Source of the DNA: the human T2T-CHM13v2.0 reference genome, Homo sapiens
DNA length: 64,000 bases
Direction: 5' to 3' (one strand)
Assembly (NCBI RefSeq): GCF_009914755.1
Contig: NC_060932.1
Made by a program: the position numbers and the translations under genes
Part shown: in pieces, positions 40,998 through 56,109 of the stretch
Layout of the letters: every line of letters starts with the position of its first letter
How positions within the stretch are numbered: position 1 is the stretch's first letter
Notes under the pieces: model-generated
Database searches by the model: none
Told to the model about the DNA's origin: nothing
Seen by the model: the letters and a program-made list of their open reading frames with translations, nothing else

Positions 40998-43839
40998 GCT
41001 GAAAGGAACATTTGAGTTTCTGACTACGGCACAGGGTTCATTGTGCTCCTCATGGAGAAGTGAGGCACAGAGAAAGTGTCCTGCCTAAAACAGCACAGAA
41101 GATGAGGTAGAGACTTAGGTCTAGACCATGTCTCCGACTTTCAAGCCCAGCCTGGTCTCTGGTCTCTATTCCAGGTGCCCTTCATCTTTTGCTCAGAGAA
41201 TTGCAACAGACAGCCTGGCACAACTTTTCAAGATAAATGACTGCATGTCATAAGGCATGATTGGAAATGACAGGGGAAGCTGGAGGTGAGCCAAGAGTGG
41301 CCTCAGACCCTGTCCTATTGGGAAATCTTAGTGCCACTGCATGTGGTTGGGGGGTGCCACTTTTCCCAGAATAGGATGAATTACAACGCCTCTTTTCTGC
41401 CAGAAATAGATCATTGGACAGTTCCCCAAATAAATGGCCCTTTGTGCACTGGGTTAGCTCCAAAACTGCTCTCAGGTAAAGGCCTGGGTCATGCACCAAG
41501 CAAATGCCTGTTGCTCCATCCCAGTCTGGCTGGTCCAGAGCAGCAGGCATGGGGCATACAACCAGTGTCCCCTAGCCCAAACTTATGTTTCTCCAATCAT
41601 GCCATTACTCCAAAATTGGAATTTTGGGAACAAAGAAACAGAGAGGCAAAATCACAAAAGCATGGGATCACAGCTAACAGGTGTAGATAAATGTCTAGGA
41701 AAGCACAATCTGAGTCTTAGTTTACTCATCTCTTCAATGGGGATGAAAACCACACTATCTCATAGAATGACCATGAGAGTCAAATGAAATAATACATACA
41801 TAGGACTTTTGCAACTTGGAACCACAATAACACAATTTGGATACTACTGTTCCTTGATTGGCCACCACTTCTTTTTACTCTTCCTCCTCCTCCTACTCCC
41901 CTCCTCCTCCTCATAATTGTAATAATATCAAATGTCTATGGTGCAGTTACTCTGTTAAACACTATCCTAGTAGCTTTACATAGATTATGTCATTGTCAAC
42001 AGTTTTCTGAAGGTACTATTATTATCTATTATTAAGAGCTATAAAACAGCTGAAGGCCTTATACCTAATAACCTGCAGTTCTGGGATACAAACATAGGCA
42101 GAAGCCATGCTCTGAACCATCTCCCTAAACTGCCACCCAGAGATTCTTTACACAAACCTATATACTCCTCAAGGCCACTTCTTGCAAAGGGAACAGAACT
42201 CATGAGCAAATGAGAGGCTGAGGGTCAGGAAAACGTCTTCATCTCTGAGGGCTTAAATGCAAGCAGTGGGAACATTATCATAGCATCACTATGCACAAGG
42301 GCGTAATGTTTCACTTGGTGGAGAACGACAGGGAAATGATGGGTCTCTGAAAGTAGCCATCAAACAGATTCATAGACTGTATGTGTACCATGGACTGAAC
42401 CAGCTATACTACTGGAAACTAGTAGACAAGGATAAATAAGATAATTTCCCTGCCAGAGGGACAAACATAGGTTCTTTGCAAGCCCATAAGAGGGGCATTT
42501 AACCCATCTGGCAACCTTGAACAAAAACAAAAAATCAAGATGGTTAGTAGGAAGAGCATTCAAGGCACAGGGAACAGCATAGGCAAAGATGGAGACCGAA
42601 GAACCAGAAGTTCTATATGACTGTGGTGTGAAACCCGCAGCAAGGAGTTACTGCTGGGCTATACTCGCCATTTCATGCTTGGCGTTAGTCTCTTTCTTTA
42701 TTTTTACCTTCCACCACAAAGCAGCAGAGGTGAGACACAAGTGATGATATTCCCAATAGTAAAACCCTCCATTTGTAGAACTAATATAATAAGCACTTCA
42801 TTTTTGCCTACACTACATCTCTGATTATTTCTGATAAAAGCAGCTCTCTTTTGTCTTTTGAGAGCGGCTTTTTTCTCACCTGGTGGGGTTTTTAACAGTT
42901 AAAAGCAATTTCCCTGTAGTACTTTTTACTTCTAGAGTACTATATAATTTTCTTGCTTATTATGTTTGTCTTTGGATTCACTCCCACCCCTTCCCATAAC
43001 GTAAGTAAGCTCCATGAAAGCAGGGATTCCTTGAGGTTCTCAAGCACCTCACTAGAGCCTTACTCAACGTAGGCACTAAAAAGATACTTGTTAAATTAAC
43101 CCTGGGTATGTGACCCAGACCAGAATATCTACATTTCTTTGCTGGGATCGTTATGGCCACTAAGAAGAAAGTTCTCTTTCTATCTTCAACTATGTCCCAA
43201 GGGACAATATAATGCTAGACTTGCTGTTAGTGGCTGTCTTTACCACCCTATGGAGGGAATTTCCTAGAGAATTTAGCCAACAGAGAGACCAGAGCTGGGA
43301 AAGAGTAAAGTAGGGTGAGAGGAGAAAGTCAGAGAAAAAAAGAGAGAGAAAGAACATTATTTGGTTTCTCAAATACAGCCTGGCATCAAGTCAGATACCC
43401 CTGCACTCTTGGTTATGTGAGTCAATATGTGGCAGTGGACAGGGATAAGCTAGTTGAGCTCACTTGTACCACTTGCACCAAGAGAATCTTGACTTAAACA
43501 TCCTAGTTTATGAGGGATTCTCGGTTAAGTCACAGTACTGCCATCCCTCTCCAGCATTTCACAAAAGCCTATCATGGTGTAAGTGGGTAAGAATGATATG
43601 AACCTATAGTAATTGGTTCTCAAAAAGTTAATCATCGGTAAATGTATTTTAGTTAGAATTTCTTACAAATTATTTGAAGTACACCTTAATCTGACTGCAT
43701 ATTTATGTATGCTTGATGCATCAGGGCAACCTCCTTATAAAATTATACCAGAGGTCATAAACTCAGATGCTTTTGTCAGGATAACATAATTGGGTGAAGA
43801 GAACTGCCCTAAGGGATGACTAAGAAAAGGTAGACTGAA

Positions 43840-44232
<393 letters not shown>

Positions 44233-44355
44233 CTATGATAGAATACAAGCTAAGTATTGCTACTTCTTTTATTTTTAAGTTAGATACAAGTGAAAATCCA
44301 GAAGTTCTATGAAATCTCCCAATTTAAAATTGGCTAATTTTTTCCATACTATGAG

Positions 44356-44417
44356 AGCCAAACAAATTACGTATATATGGGTCATAGCCAAACAAATTAC
44401 GTATATATGGGTCATAG
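44356..44417. repeat. Perfect 30-bp tandem duplication
   Basis: agccaaacaaattacgtatatatgggtcat x2, plus ag. Confidence 0.95.
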
Positions 44418-44742
<325 letters not shown>

Positions 44743-46581
44743 CAAATTTAACTTTTAACCTTCCTTCTTCCATGTCCCTCCAACTTTCAGTGCAAAGGAA
44801 TTCAGGCAGCCTTGTTTGCAGGGTTTCGGCTGACTTTAGGAGTGGACTCCACCAAGTTCTGTGATTCCATTCTGTGTAGCCTATTCTAAATCAATAGCCA
44901 ACCAAGACCAAGTCTGAGCTAGCCCTTCATTTTTCATAACCTAGAGATGCATTGCAAATCCAGCTTAAGTGACCCCCAGCCCAACCTCTGATTTCCTGAA
45001 GGTGACTACGAATCACCCAATACCAGAGCTAGCAAGGACTTAAAGGTCAGCCAACCCATTGCCTCATTTCCTGGCAAGAATACACACAAAACCTTCCAAG
45101 ACCAATAAGTCTCCTCTCACTTCTACCTGAGAGCGCTGCCCACCGTCAAGTCCGGTCACTCACTTGGTTACATTTAGATGATTAGCAGTTAATTGAAGGC
45201 CCCTTCTCTGGGCCAAGGAAGAGAAGGGTTAATGGAAATTTGCACTGCAGTTACTGTAATTTACCATACTGATGGGAACTCTATATTGATTTTTTTTTAC
45301 CTGTCTTGGGTAAAAATACTATTTTAGACAATCTATTATTTTGGCTGAATATATTCAGGTTAATAGGAGAAAATTGGAATAACATTAATTCCCACCTGAA
45401 ATATAAATTCAGAAAGAAATATATTACAGTGCTTTTCAAACAGAAAATGTGACCCTGCATTGTTTTTAGCTCTCCGAGAAGGAATACACAGCTCACACAC
45501 AGTATGTTAAAGGTTAAATATTCTACAGCGTTTGTTAGTACATGTGATTACCAAATCCCATCCAAAAAATTAATTTTTAAAAACCCTAAAAGATTTTGTT
45601 TGGGAATTTTGTCTTAGTCCCTGGGAAGACTCAGTAATTACTTGCCTTGTACCTCAGAGCAGATTTTTCAAGCAAAGAAGTCTAGTACCAACATAATGGA
45701 GACTATAATGGAAGATTTATGATAAAATAAACAACCTTCAAGGTCTTTTCTGTTTTTGATAGGTAGACAAAACCTCTAGGTACTTTTATTTGTCTGCATT
45801 TGTATGCACTGGTTTGGGATTCTCTGTTTATTAAGTGTCACTAGGTGGTGAGAAATCCACTGGGCATTAGACATCTTTTTAAATTAATTGCCAAGAAGCA
45901 TTAAGTGTCTATTAACAAGCATCTTCTTGCCCCTCAATATTCTACTTTGTGGTCATAACAACTAAACACATAAGGACAATGTTCACATGCCAAAGAGAAC
46001 AGGCACTGGGCATGCTGGTTCCTACATGTGAATCAATTTGAGCCAGTACCTATAGCCAAAGTACTGTTCAAAAAAGTTTTAAGTCTACTTTGACATTCTT
46101 TCTCTAATACTGAGGGATTTGTATTTCCTTAAACTTTTAAATGATAAATGTTATCAGTATCAGGGATTTCTTAGGTAGAAAAATTAACAAGTATTATCAC
46201 AGCTTCAGATATATTCAATAGAAGAGACAGTAACATACTTTTGCCTTCATGGAGCTTAAAAATTACCCAGAAATGTAAGACCAGCAGGTATTAAACAGCT
46301 ACAAAAACAATAATGTGATAAAACTCTGTAGCCATGACCATGAAGACCATGAGATGCATTAGGAAAGTTCTGGTTAAAAAAAAAAAAAAGAGGTCTTGGG
46401 TTTGGAGTTGAAAGCCCAGGGCTGGATTAGCCAGTCATTAGCTACGTGGTCATTGTTGTGATAATTTACCTGTCTAGGATTGCATTTCTTCGCTGGCAAA
46501 ATGGGAATAATATGACACCCTCTCTCCCCATGTTGTGCTGAGTAACTACTCACAGCGGTAAGCACAATAAAAAGTACTGTT

Positions 46582-46906
<325 letters not shown>

Positions 46907-47159
46907 TCACTGTCTTCAGGAAGCAGACCTAAAGAAAGGTAAGAGGTCACCCAAGACCCTATGGGGAGCTGTGTAGCTCACTCCAAAACTATGATGGGAG
47001 CACCCGAAAGGGTGGGATCCTGATGGTGACCCTGGGAAATCTTTCTAATGATAGAGGGGTAAAAAGAAAATGGCAACTCTATTTATCACATGTCAAATTT
47101 CAAAAGTCATCAACATGATACGCAAATAGACAAACTTTTCTGCTTCACTTTATCTAGAA

Positions 47160-47365
47160 CAGGGGATTACTGATATTTGGGGCCAGGTGATTCTTTGTGA
47201 TACCAGCTACCTTATGCACTGCAGGATGCTGTGTGGCATCCTTGGCCTCTACCTACTAGATGACAATAATACTCCCTACCCCTACTTGTGTTAATCAAAA
47301 ATGTCTCAGATTTTTGGCAAAGGTTTGCTGGAGGGTGAAACTACCCCTGGTTGAGAACCATTGGT
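47160..47365. mobile_element. MER20 hAT MITE
   Basis: ggcatccttggcctctacctactagatg...aaaaatgtctcaga...cctggttgagaacca. Confidence 0.75.
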
Positions 47366-47654
47366 TTAGGAGTTTGCTTCCAACCAAGTGATTCACCAAA
47401 TGTTAACTCAAGGGCCAGAATAATCCTCAGTAATAGGGGTTTATAGGACTCAGGTTGCTGAGGAGGCAAAACAACAAAACACTTACTTTTGGGAAAAATC
47501 ACCCACTATATGTCAGGCTCTTTTCTACCCACTGTCTCAATTTAATCCACAGCAACACCCTGGGATGTATTCTTACCTCCATGTCAAAGATGAGGAAATA
47601 GAAGCTCATGGAGACAAAGTAAAAACACACACAAGTAGCAGAACAAGGATTTCT

Positions 47655-47976
47655 TTTCTCTTTTCGAGAGAAGGTCTTGCTCTGTCATGTGGGGTGGTAT
47701 ACAGTGGTGTGATCATGTCTCACCACGGCAATCTTCCTACCTCAGCCTTCAGAGTATCTGGAACTATAGGTGCACACCACCATGGCCGGCTAGGTGTTTG
47801 TTTTATATGTATGTGTGTATATACATATATATATATATTTTGATTTTTTATTTTTTCGTAGAGATAGGGTCTCCTTATGCTGCCCGGACTGATCTCAATC
47901 ACCTGAGCTCGATCTCCTGGCCCATCCTCTGGCCTTGGCCTCCCAAAGTGCTGGGATTACAGGTGTGAGCCACCAC
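47655..47976 (-). mobile_element. Diverged AluJ with an internal (TA)n stretch
   Basis: Antisense Alu motifs. Confidence 0.8.
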
Positions 47977-48028
47977 TAGAGAAAAGGGATTTTGACTCAG
48001 TTCTACAAGCAAAAATACCCATGCATTT

Positions 48029-48370
<342 letters not shown>

Positions 48371-50119
48371 TAACTGTAGCACTTCAAGTGAAGTTTAAAT
48401 TCAGGGGCTTCATCAATAAAAGAGTAATAAAAGTGGGCTAAATTTCCCCTATTTGATAAGTGACAAAAATTTGAGGAAACCAAGGCCATAAATATGGATT
48501 GACACTGGCATTGCTTCAGTGCTGAAGAGACAATACAAACACACATCTACATCATGTTCCCTTTGCTCCTTAAAGAAAGTAACAATATGCTCATCAAGCT
48601 TGAAGTCCAAAATTTGATGTCAGCAGGTTACATACTAAAAGCTATGTTGGAATGAGATAAGGAACATGAACAGATTTCCATTATCCACATCTCTACACAT
48701 GCTCAGCCTTCAAATATCTTTCCTCCCTTCTTGTCTGATGAGCTTCAAGGGTTGGTTCAGGTCTTAGATGCTCAGCAAGTTCTTCCTCACTCACCTTGGA
48801 ACCTACAGGCAAAATACAAGGTGGCAAGTGCTAGAGTAAAGATGTCTATTTCCCTCCTCAAATTACAAGCTCTTGAAAGTAAGGGTGTATCTTTTCATTT
48901 ATGTATTGCCAAAATCCTGGACATTGCTTAATAAACTAGTGAAATAATATTTGGGCAGTGTCAAAATAAATGTTGTTGAGAGAAAACCACATTAGAGAAT
49001 GTGGCAGAGCTTAAGAGTGACAGTCCCATATTGCGTTTTCATGTATATTTGAATTGACTGGGTTTACCATGTCTGTAGTGCCAATATCCTGACTTTGCCA
49101 AAAGACTTACAGGCCTGCAACAGTCACCTAGTAGACCCAGGCTAGTGATGGTGCCAATGACTGTGGAACTTGAGACATAGTTGGATGATGGCTTTATCCT
49201 CTCAGCTCTTTTATCCCAGAGATTATAGTGCTGGAGTTGGAAGAAGATGGGAGAAACATATGAGGAGAGAAGGAAGTCGAGCTCATACCATGATGAAGAA
49301 GATAACTCCTGAAGATTGGGAAGGGCACTGGCTGGCTCTCAAAGATGGACAAATGGCTTTACGACGCTTAAGGGGATGCTCTGTGGAGTCTGCTTGGGTG
49401 CAAATCACCACCATGACACACTACCCAGTAAGTTGCTTACCCTGCTTTAAGTCTCCGTTTTCCCATCTCATCAGTGGGTATGTTAACAGTATAGGAATAT
49501 TTATGAAGATTAAATTAATTAATACAGAGAAAAGCACTTAGCACAGTTCCTGGCACATAATATAAATTAGCAATGGATGATAATGGGTTCAAAAGCTGAG
49601 GGCTAGCTACAGGTGAGTCAGCAATGTGACCCTTTATACCCTCAGGTGAAATGTATGGTACATCCATGCCAATTTATATTTACAAACACTCGCATGAATG
49701 CCAAAGCCTATGTACCACACTCCCTCATTCACTGCTCACTCACGACTTATGCTTGAAGGCCCAGGCCACTTAGATGTCCTTCTTTCCCTTTTCATAATTC
49801 TATTATTACAGAACGTGTATCTCAGATACGTAGAGTGATTCTCAAATTGAGCTGTCTCTTAAGACTCCAAGATGCCACTAAAAATTTCATGAATTATTTA
49901 GAAAGAAAGTAAAAGCAATGTTCACTTGGGTTTTCTTTAGCAAACACCCTGAGGCCAGTGTTCAGGGACCAAAATGTCATGTACAAGGTTCTCCAACCTC
50001 AAAGAGTTCAAGCCATTGTTTTAAGTAACACTTTGTTCGCTGTGGGTACCAATAAGTACATACTATAATCAATAAGACTCTTTCTATAATTTATCAGAAT
50101 CATAAAAATAGACTCAGAA

Positions 50120-50380
50120 GCGGTGGCTCATGCCTGTAATCCTAGCACTTTGGGAGGCCGAGGTGGGTGGATCATGAGGTCTGGAGATTGAGACCATCCC
50201 GGCTAACACGGTGAAACCCCATCTCTACTAAAAATACAAAAAATTAGCCGGGCGTGGTGGCGGGCGCCTGTAGTCCCAGCTACTCGGGAGGCTGAGGCAG
50301 GAGAATGGGGTGAACCCAGGAGGCGGAGCTTGCAGTGAGTAAGATCGCAAGAGCAAGACTCCATCTCAAAAAAAAAAAAA
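50120..50380 (+). mobile_element. AluY, 5' clipped, with about 25 nt deleted from the right arm
   Basis: TSD aaaaatagac(t/c)cagaa. The junction aagatcgc|aagagcaagactcc lacks gccactgcactccagcctgggcgac. Confidence 0.9.
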
Positions 50381-52226
50381 ATAGACCCAGAAAAAGTTAG
50401 AAAAAAAGAGAAAGTTGAAGAAAAAAGTGAGTTTTTTTGTATAATTTTCTCTTCTGATTTAGATTTGGTTATAAAATGCTTCAGTTCAGTGTCCATTCAT
50501 TCTTCTTCCAGCAATAAGGTGTTCAATAACTTATATTTTAATTATGTATTGTTTCGTGTGAGTAAAGAGACCTGAACTTGGAGTAAAAAGCCTGGGTTTG
50601 CAGGTTGGTGTCTCCACATGCAAGCTCTGTGAGCTTGAGTAACTTATTTAATGCCACTGAGTCAGTTTCCTCATCTGTAAAATGATAATTATCATTTTAA
50701 TCACTCTGAGTTTTCTATGTGAAAGTTAAATTAGGCAGTAAATTAGAAAGTGTCTGGTATAATACCTGACTCAATGCCTTCATTTCAAATTAAACATTAC
50801 ATAAAGGTGTACCTTGTGTAGGCTTCCATTGTTACACCTACTCGATTATAATATAATCATGAATATGTTCACATGCCTGTTCTTCCTTCTAAACTCTGGG
50901 CTCTCTATGAAGAAAGCATGGGTTGTATTTATCTCAGTAACTGCAGCACTCAGCAATTGGTAGATATTCATTAAAGTTTTCCTGAGTGAATAAATGGCTC
51001 TATGAGAAAGGGAGAATACTATCATCCTCATTTTAAAGTTAAGAAATGGGCCCAGAAAAGTGAAGAGATTTGTCCAAAGTCGTAAGACTAGTAATTGTCA
51101 GAGCAAAGACAAGAACCATGCTACTTCTACTTAGGAAGGCTGCGCCTGTTTAGTTCAGCATTCATTTAATAAACCATTAATGACTTATCATGTGCCAGTT
51201 GATAACCGAGGTGATTTTTAAAGTACAGAAACCAGTTCGGAACCTAGAGCTTCTGTTGAGCCCATAGTTTATGGTGGTTTCTACTAGAGAGGTGGTAACA
51301 GGAAGATACTCAGAGAGGGGAAATTTTGCATGCAGAATCTAAAGGACTTGGTGAGAAATGAGGTATCTGAAGCAAGACAGAAGTTGCCAAGGGTGAGACA
51401 CATGTTTCTGGCTTGGGCAATAAAAGAAAGTGCAACTGCTACCATGGGGAAGATTGAGTGAGCAAGGACGAGGAAAAAGAACAATACTTGTGGTTTGGAC
51501 ATGTAATAAATCCAAACTGCCCACATCTATGAGATATTCAATAGAAATACAAAGTGGGCATGTTGCTATACAGGCTGGAGCTCCAAGGAGAAGTCTGGTT
51601 TGAGGTTTTAGCTTGGGAGCCACCATCATTAGAACTGACATACAAACCCACAGGCAAGAAGAAAGCAAGTGTGATCACAGGTCTTAGGACTGACATCCCT
51701 CGAGGAACTGAGGTCCTGAGTGGGTAGATCAGTGAGATGAACCAACAAGGACACTCCCAAGGGGCGACAAGAGACATGGAAAAAAATCTGGGAGAATGAG
51801 ATCCCAGAGAAGTATGGTTCAGGAAAAAGCAACTGGTTGTCTGTTGAGTGCTGATAAATCTGGCAAGGTGGAGTCACTAGAACACACCTTGCAATATAAG
51901 GTCCTTGAAGCACAGAAACCCCAAGTCTACAGATTGTGGAACAGTGAAGAGTCTAGCGTGTCTAGGTCACTCGATAACTGAGTTTTTCTCCTAGGGTAGA
52001 TATCTTTTGTTTGACCCCACATAGGTAAAGAAATTACATTGAAATTGAACCATAAACCTTTCACATCATCAGTATTATAATAAAAACATTATCATCACAA
52101 TTCATTCGAATTATGCTGGGCTGGGTATAACTATGAACAATTTCTCATTCCTTAATCTTTGTGACAACCCTCTGGGTAGGTTCAACTATTATCCCCATTT
52201 TAAAAATGAGGAAAATGGGACTTGCA

Positions 52227-52874
<648 letters not shown>

Positions 52875-53307
52875 CTACGATCACATAGATAGCAAATGAC
52901 AGAAGAATTCTGGATTACTGTTTTTCCAGATCTAAAGCTTATCTTCTCCATCCCCTCTGCTGCCTGGTCTTTCTCTGCTTATATGAAGAGAACTTTTGGA
53001 AAGAAAGAGAATCTTTCCTTATCTTCTTATTTTGAGGCCTCATTAAAGTACCATCACTTCCACTTATATACAGTTCTAGAAAAACCGAACTTAACTGCTT
53101 GACAAAGTAGATCAGTGGAATTGGGGGAGAAAGGTTGTGAAGAGAGAGTTGGATTAAAAATAAAATGAGGGAACTTTGGGAAGTGATAGTCATGTTCATT
53201 ACCTTGATTGTAGTGATGGTTTCACAGGTATATTCATAGGTCAAAACTCACCATACACTTTAAATATGTGCAGTTTATTGTGTATCAGTTATACTTCCAT
53301 AAAGCTG

Positions 53308-53619
53308 TTTTTTTTGTGTGTGTTTGTTTTTGTTTTGAGACAGGGTCTCACTCTGTCATTCAGGCTGGAGTACAGTGGCACAATCACAGGTCACCGCAGC
53401 CTTGACCTCCTGGTCTCAAGTGGTTCTCCCACCTCAGCCTCCCGAGTAGCTGAGAATACAGGCACAGGCCACCACACCTGCTAATTTTTAAAGTTTTTAG
53501 TAGAGATGAGGTCTCACTATGTTGTCCAGGCTGGTCTCAAACTCCTGGCCTTAAGCAATCCTCCTGCTTCCACCTCCCAAAGTGTTGGGATTACAGGTGT
53601 GAGCCATCACACCAGGCCC
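53308..53619 (-). mobile_element. AluJ
   Basis: Antisense Alu. Confidence 0.9.
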
Positions 53620-53784
53620 GATAAATTTTTTTTTTCTTTTTTTTTTTTTAATAAATGACTGTGGAAGGGTGGAAAAGAATGAAAAAGTGTGAAAGACCAG
53701 ATAAAAGTAGAGTTCAGATAACTTAGGCTGAATCAAACCACAATTCCCAGCAATAATTAGTTCTAATGATTGGTATGGACTTCA

Positions 53785-54205
53785 TGTGGTGACACTTAGA
53801 TCCTCCTTAAGGACTAAAGAACTCCCCAGCTGCTTGCTGCTGACAGCTGACAGTCCTTCTGGGAATTTCCTGGATCTAAGAAGAGCCACCTTGCTCAAGG
53901 TCATGTCTCTCTTCCTGTGAGTAGCCTGCATCCAACGACTGGTAGATGAGGGAGGCAGGAGGTATGAAGGTACCTGCCCCAGGTACCCTAGTTCCAACTC
54001 AGGATAACTTTGAAGGGCAGTCTTAGCTTCAGAGCTCCCTGTGGGGTTGGCAGAGGTCTCGTTGTGGCTGAATCACAGCCCAACTTCTTCTGCCCAATCC
54101 TGCTTCTTTCATTTCCCTCACAAGTATTGAACATGAGGACACCACCCAATAAACTTCTGAAAGTAGATTTCCTTCTCTGAGCCTGCTTCATGGGGAACCA
54201 AAGCA
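53785..54205 (+). mobile_element. LTR16-like (ERVL) solo LTR
   Basis: cttgctcaaggtcatg...gcttcagagctccctgtggggttggcagagg...cccaataaac...tgcttcatggggaacc. Confidence 0.65.
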
Positions 54206-55819
54206 CTGGCAGGGTTTCACTGGGTCAAGGGGTACCCAATCGATTGTCAGACACAAACATTCCATATTGTTTGTGATGGTTTTAAAACAGCCCAGGTGGC
54301 TTCACTATACCCTTTAGCAGGCTTCTAGGTTACCTGTCTCTATAGTTAGTAGGTGTGTGTGTGAGAGGAATGAAAGACTTTGAATAGTGGCCTCTGCAAT
54401 ACATAATTAGTAAGATAAATCTGCTGCTAAAAATTCTGTGTGTATCATCTATTGATTTTATGTGTGCCTCATTTTCCATAAAACACTATGAGCACTATAT
54501 AATCACAGTGCATGATGTACTTGAGCACCATGTAAATCATAAATACCTATGTATGTATACACATGCATATATTTTCACACACACAAACATTTATGTGTAA
54601 ACTGTTTTACAGAGGGCTTGTTCTATGCCAGGCACTGTGATAAGTGCTCGACACGAATTATCCCATCAGATTCTCATAGGTAGGCACAATTACTTTCTTC
54701 TCACTTTTCAGATGAGCAAACAAAAGCAAACTGGTTAAGGATCCTGACAAAGACTTCGCAGCCAGAAGAGGCGATGCCGTGGGTCAAATCTAGGACCACC
54801 AGATTTCAAACCTTATACTTCTAATCACTATATGACACTGAACATGATTTTAAGAAACTTTCTTACAAAAATGTATGAATTGGACAAGAGAGTAACAAAA
54901 ACAGAGTAATTCACTGATCTCTCATTTTGTAGATGTAAGTTTTGTATAATGAGTTTCCATACATCAGGAGACACTTGGAAACATAAATAAGTCAAAGTTA
55001 CAGACAATAAAGTTACAGAGAATTGTATTATTGTCCTCTGACCCTTGCAGAAGCTACATTTTTTTAACAATTGAAGTCAGCTTGCTTTTTACAACTGAAA
55101 TGTTTTCCTTTGCATGCAGAGTAATGGAGCATAGCAGGATACATGCCTTCAGCTACAACAATCTGTAAATCAACACACACTCCACCATGTTGTGACTGTG
55201 AGAACACATACCCTCACACGCCAGGAGACAGCCTTTGTCAAAAGAAAGGCCGATTCCAATGAATACTGATCAGCCACTAAAAACAGAACTGAGAATGGAA
55301 AAAAAAATCTTATAACTGATAAATGTATTGCTATCATAACATCAACAGCTTGAATTCAATGAAAACTATATTGGTTAAATTAAGTCTTCCACATAAAGAT
55401 GTCAAATGTTACAACTTCACTATTACAGTGAAGAATAGCTTCAAAATGTGCCTAAACTGAACAATTAGATGGCACCATCCTTACAATGATGTTATAGAAT
55501 TGTTAGGTCTAAAACCACAAATTTCTAATTGAATATCAAATTTTATTTGGTTTGGGTTGTATTTTCCAGTGCCAAATCATCCCAATACAAAGCATCCAGA
55601 TCATTTCTGTATCTTGCTTCTAATGAAAAGAAAATGTGTTTGCAGAAAATATTCCTAGAGTTCTCCCTTATTCATAGAGTACTTTGAAAACTGAACATGG
55701 CTGAAAGTGTGAATTTATAACATTTCAGATTTTCTTTGATTGTAAAGCAATAGTCTTACTGGTTCCTTTTCGCCTCAGGTCCTACATATTTCTGCATTGG
55801 ATTATGACAGATCTGGGCT

Positions 55820-56109
55820 TTATTTATTTTAGAGACAGGGTTTGGCTCTGTCACTCAGACTGTAGTGCAATCATAGCTCATTGTAGCCTTGAACTCCTAG
55901 GCTCAAGTGATCCTCCTGCCTGTGCCTCACAAGTGACTGGAACTATAGGTGTGTGCCACAGACTCCCTTCTTCTTCTTTTTTTTTTTTTTTGTATAAACA
56001 GGGTCTCACTATGTTTCCCTGGCTGGTCTCGAACTTTGGCCTCATGCGATCCTCTCACCTCTGCCTCCCAAAATGCTGGGATTACAGGTACGAGCCACTG
56101 TGTCCAGCC
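55820..56109 (-). mobile_element. AluJ
   Basis: Antisense Alu. Confidence 0.88.

Noticed and set aside
42836-42875. Hairpin plus T-run resembling a bacterial intrinsic terminator (aaaagcagctctc...gagagcggctttt)
   Set aside because: The context is a mammalian intron with no Pol III gene evident upstream. Probably chance.
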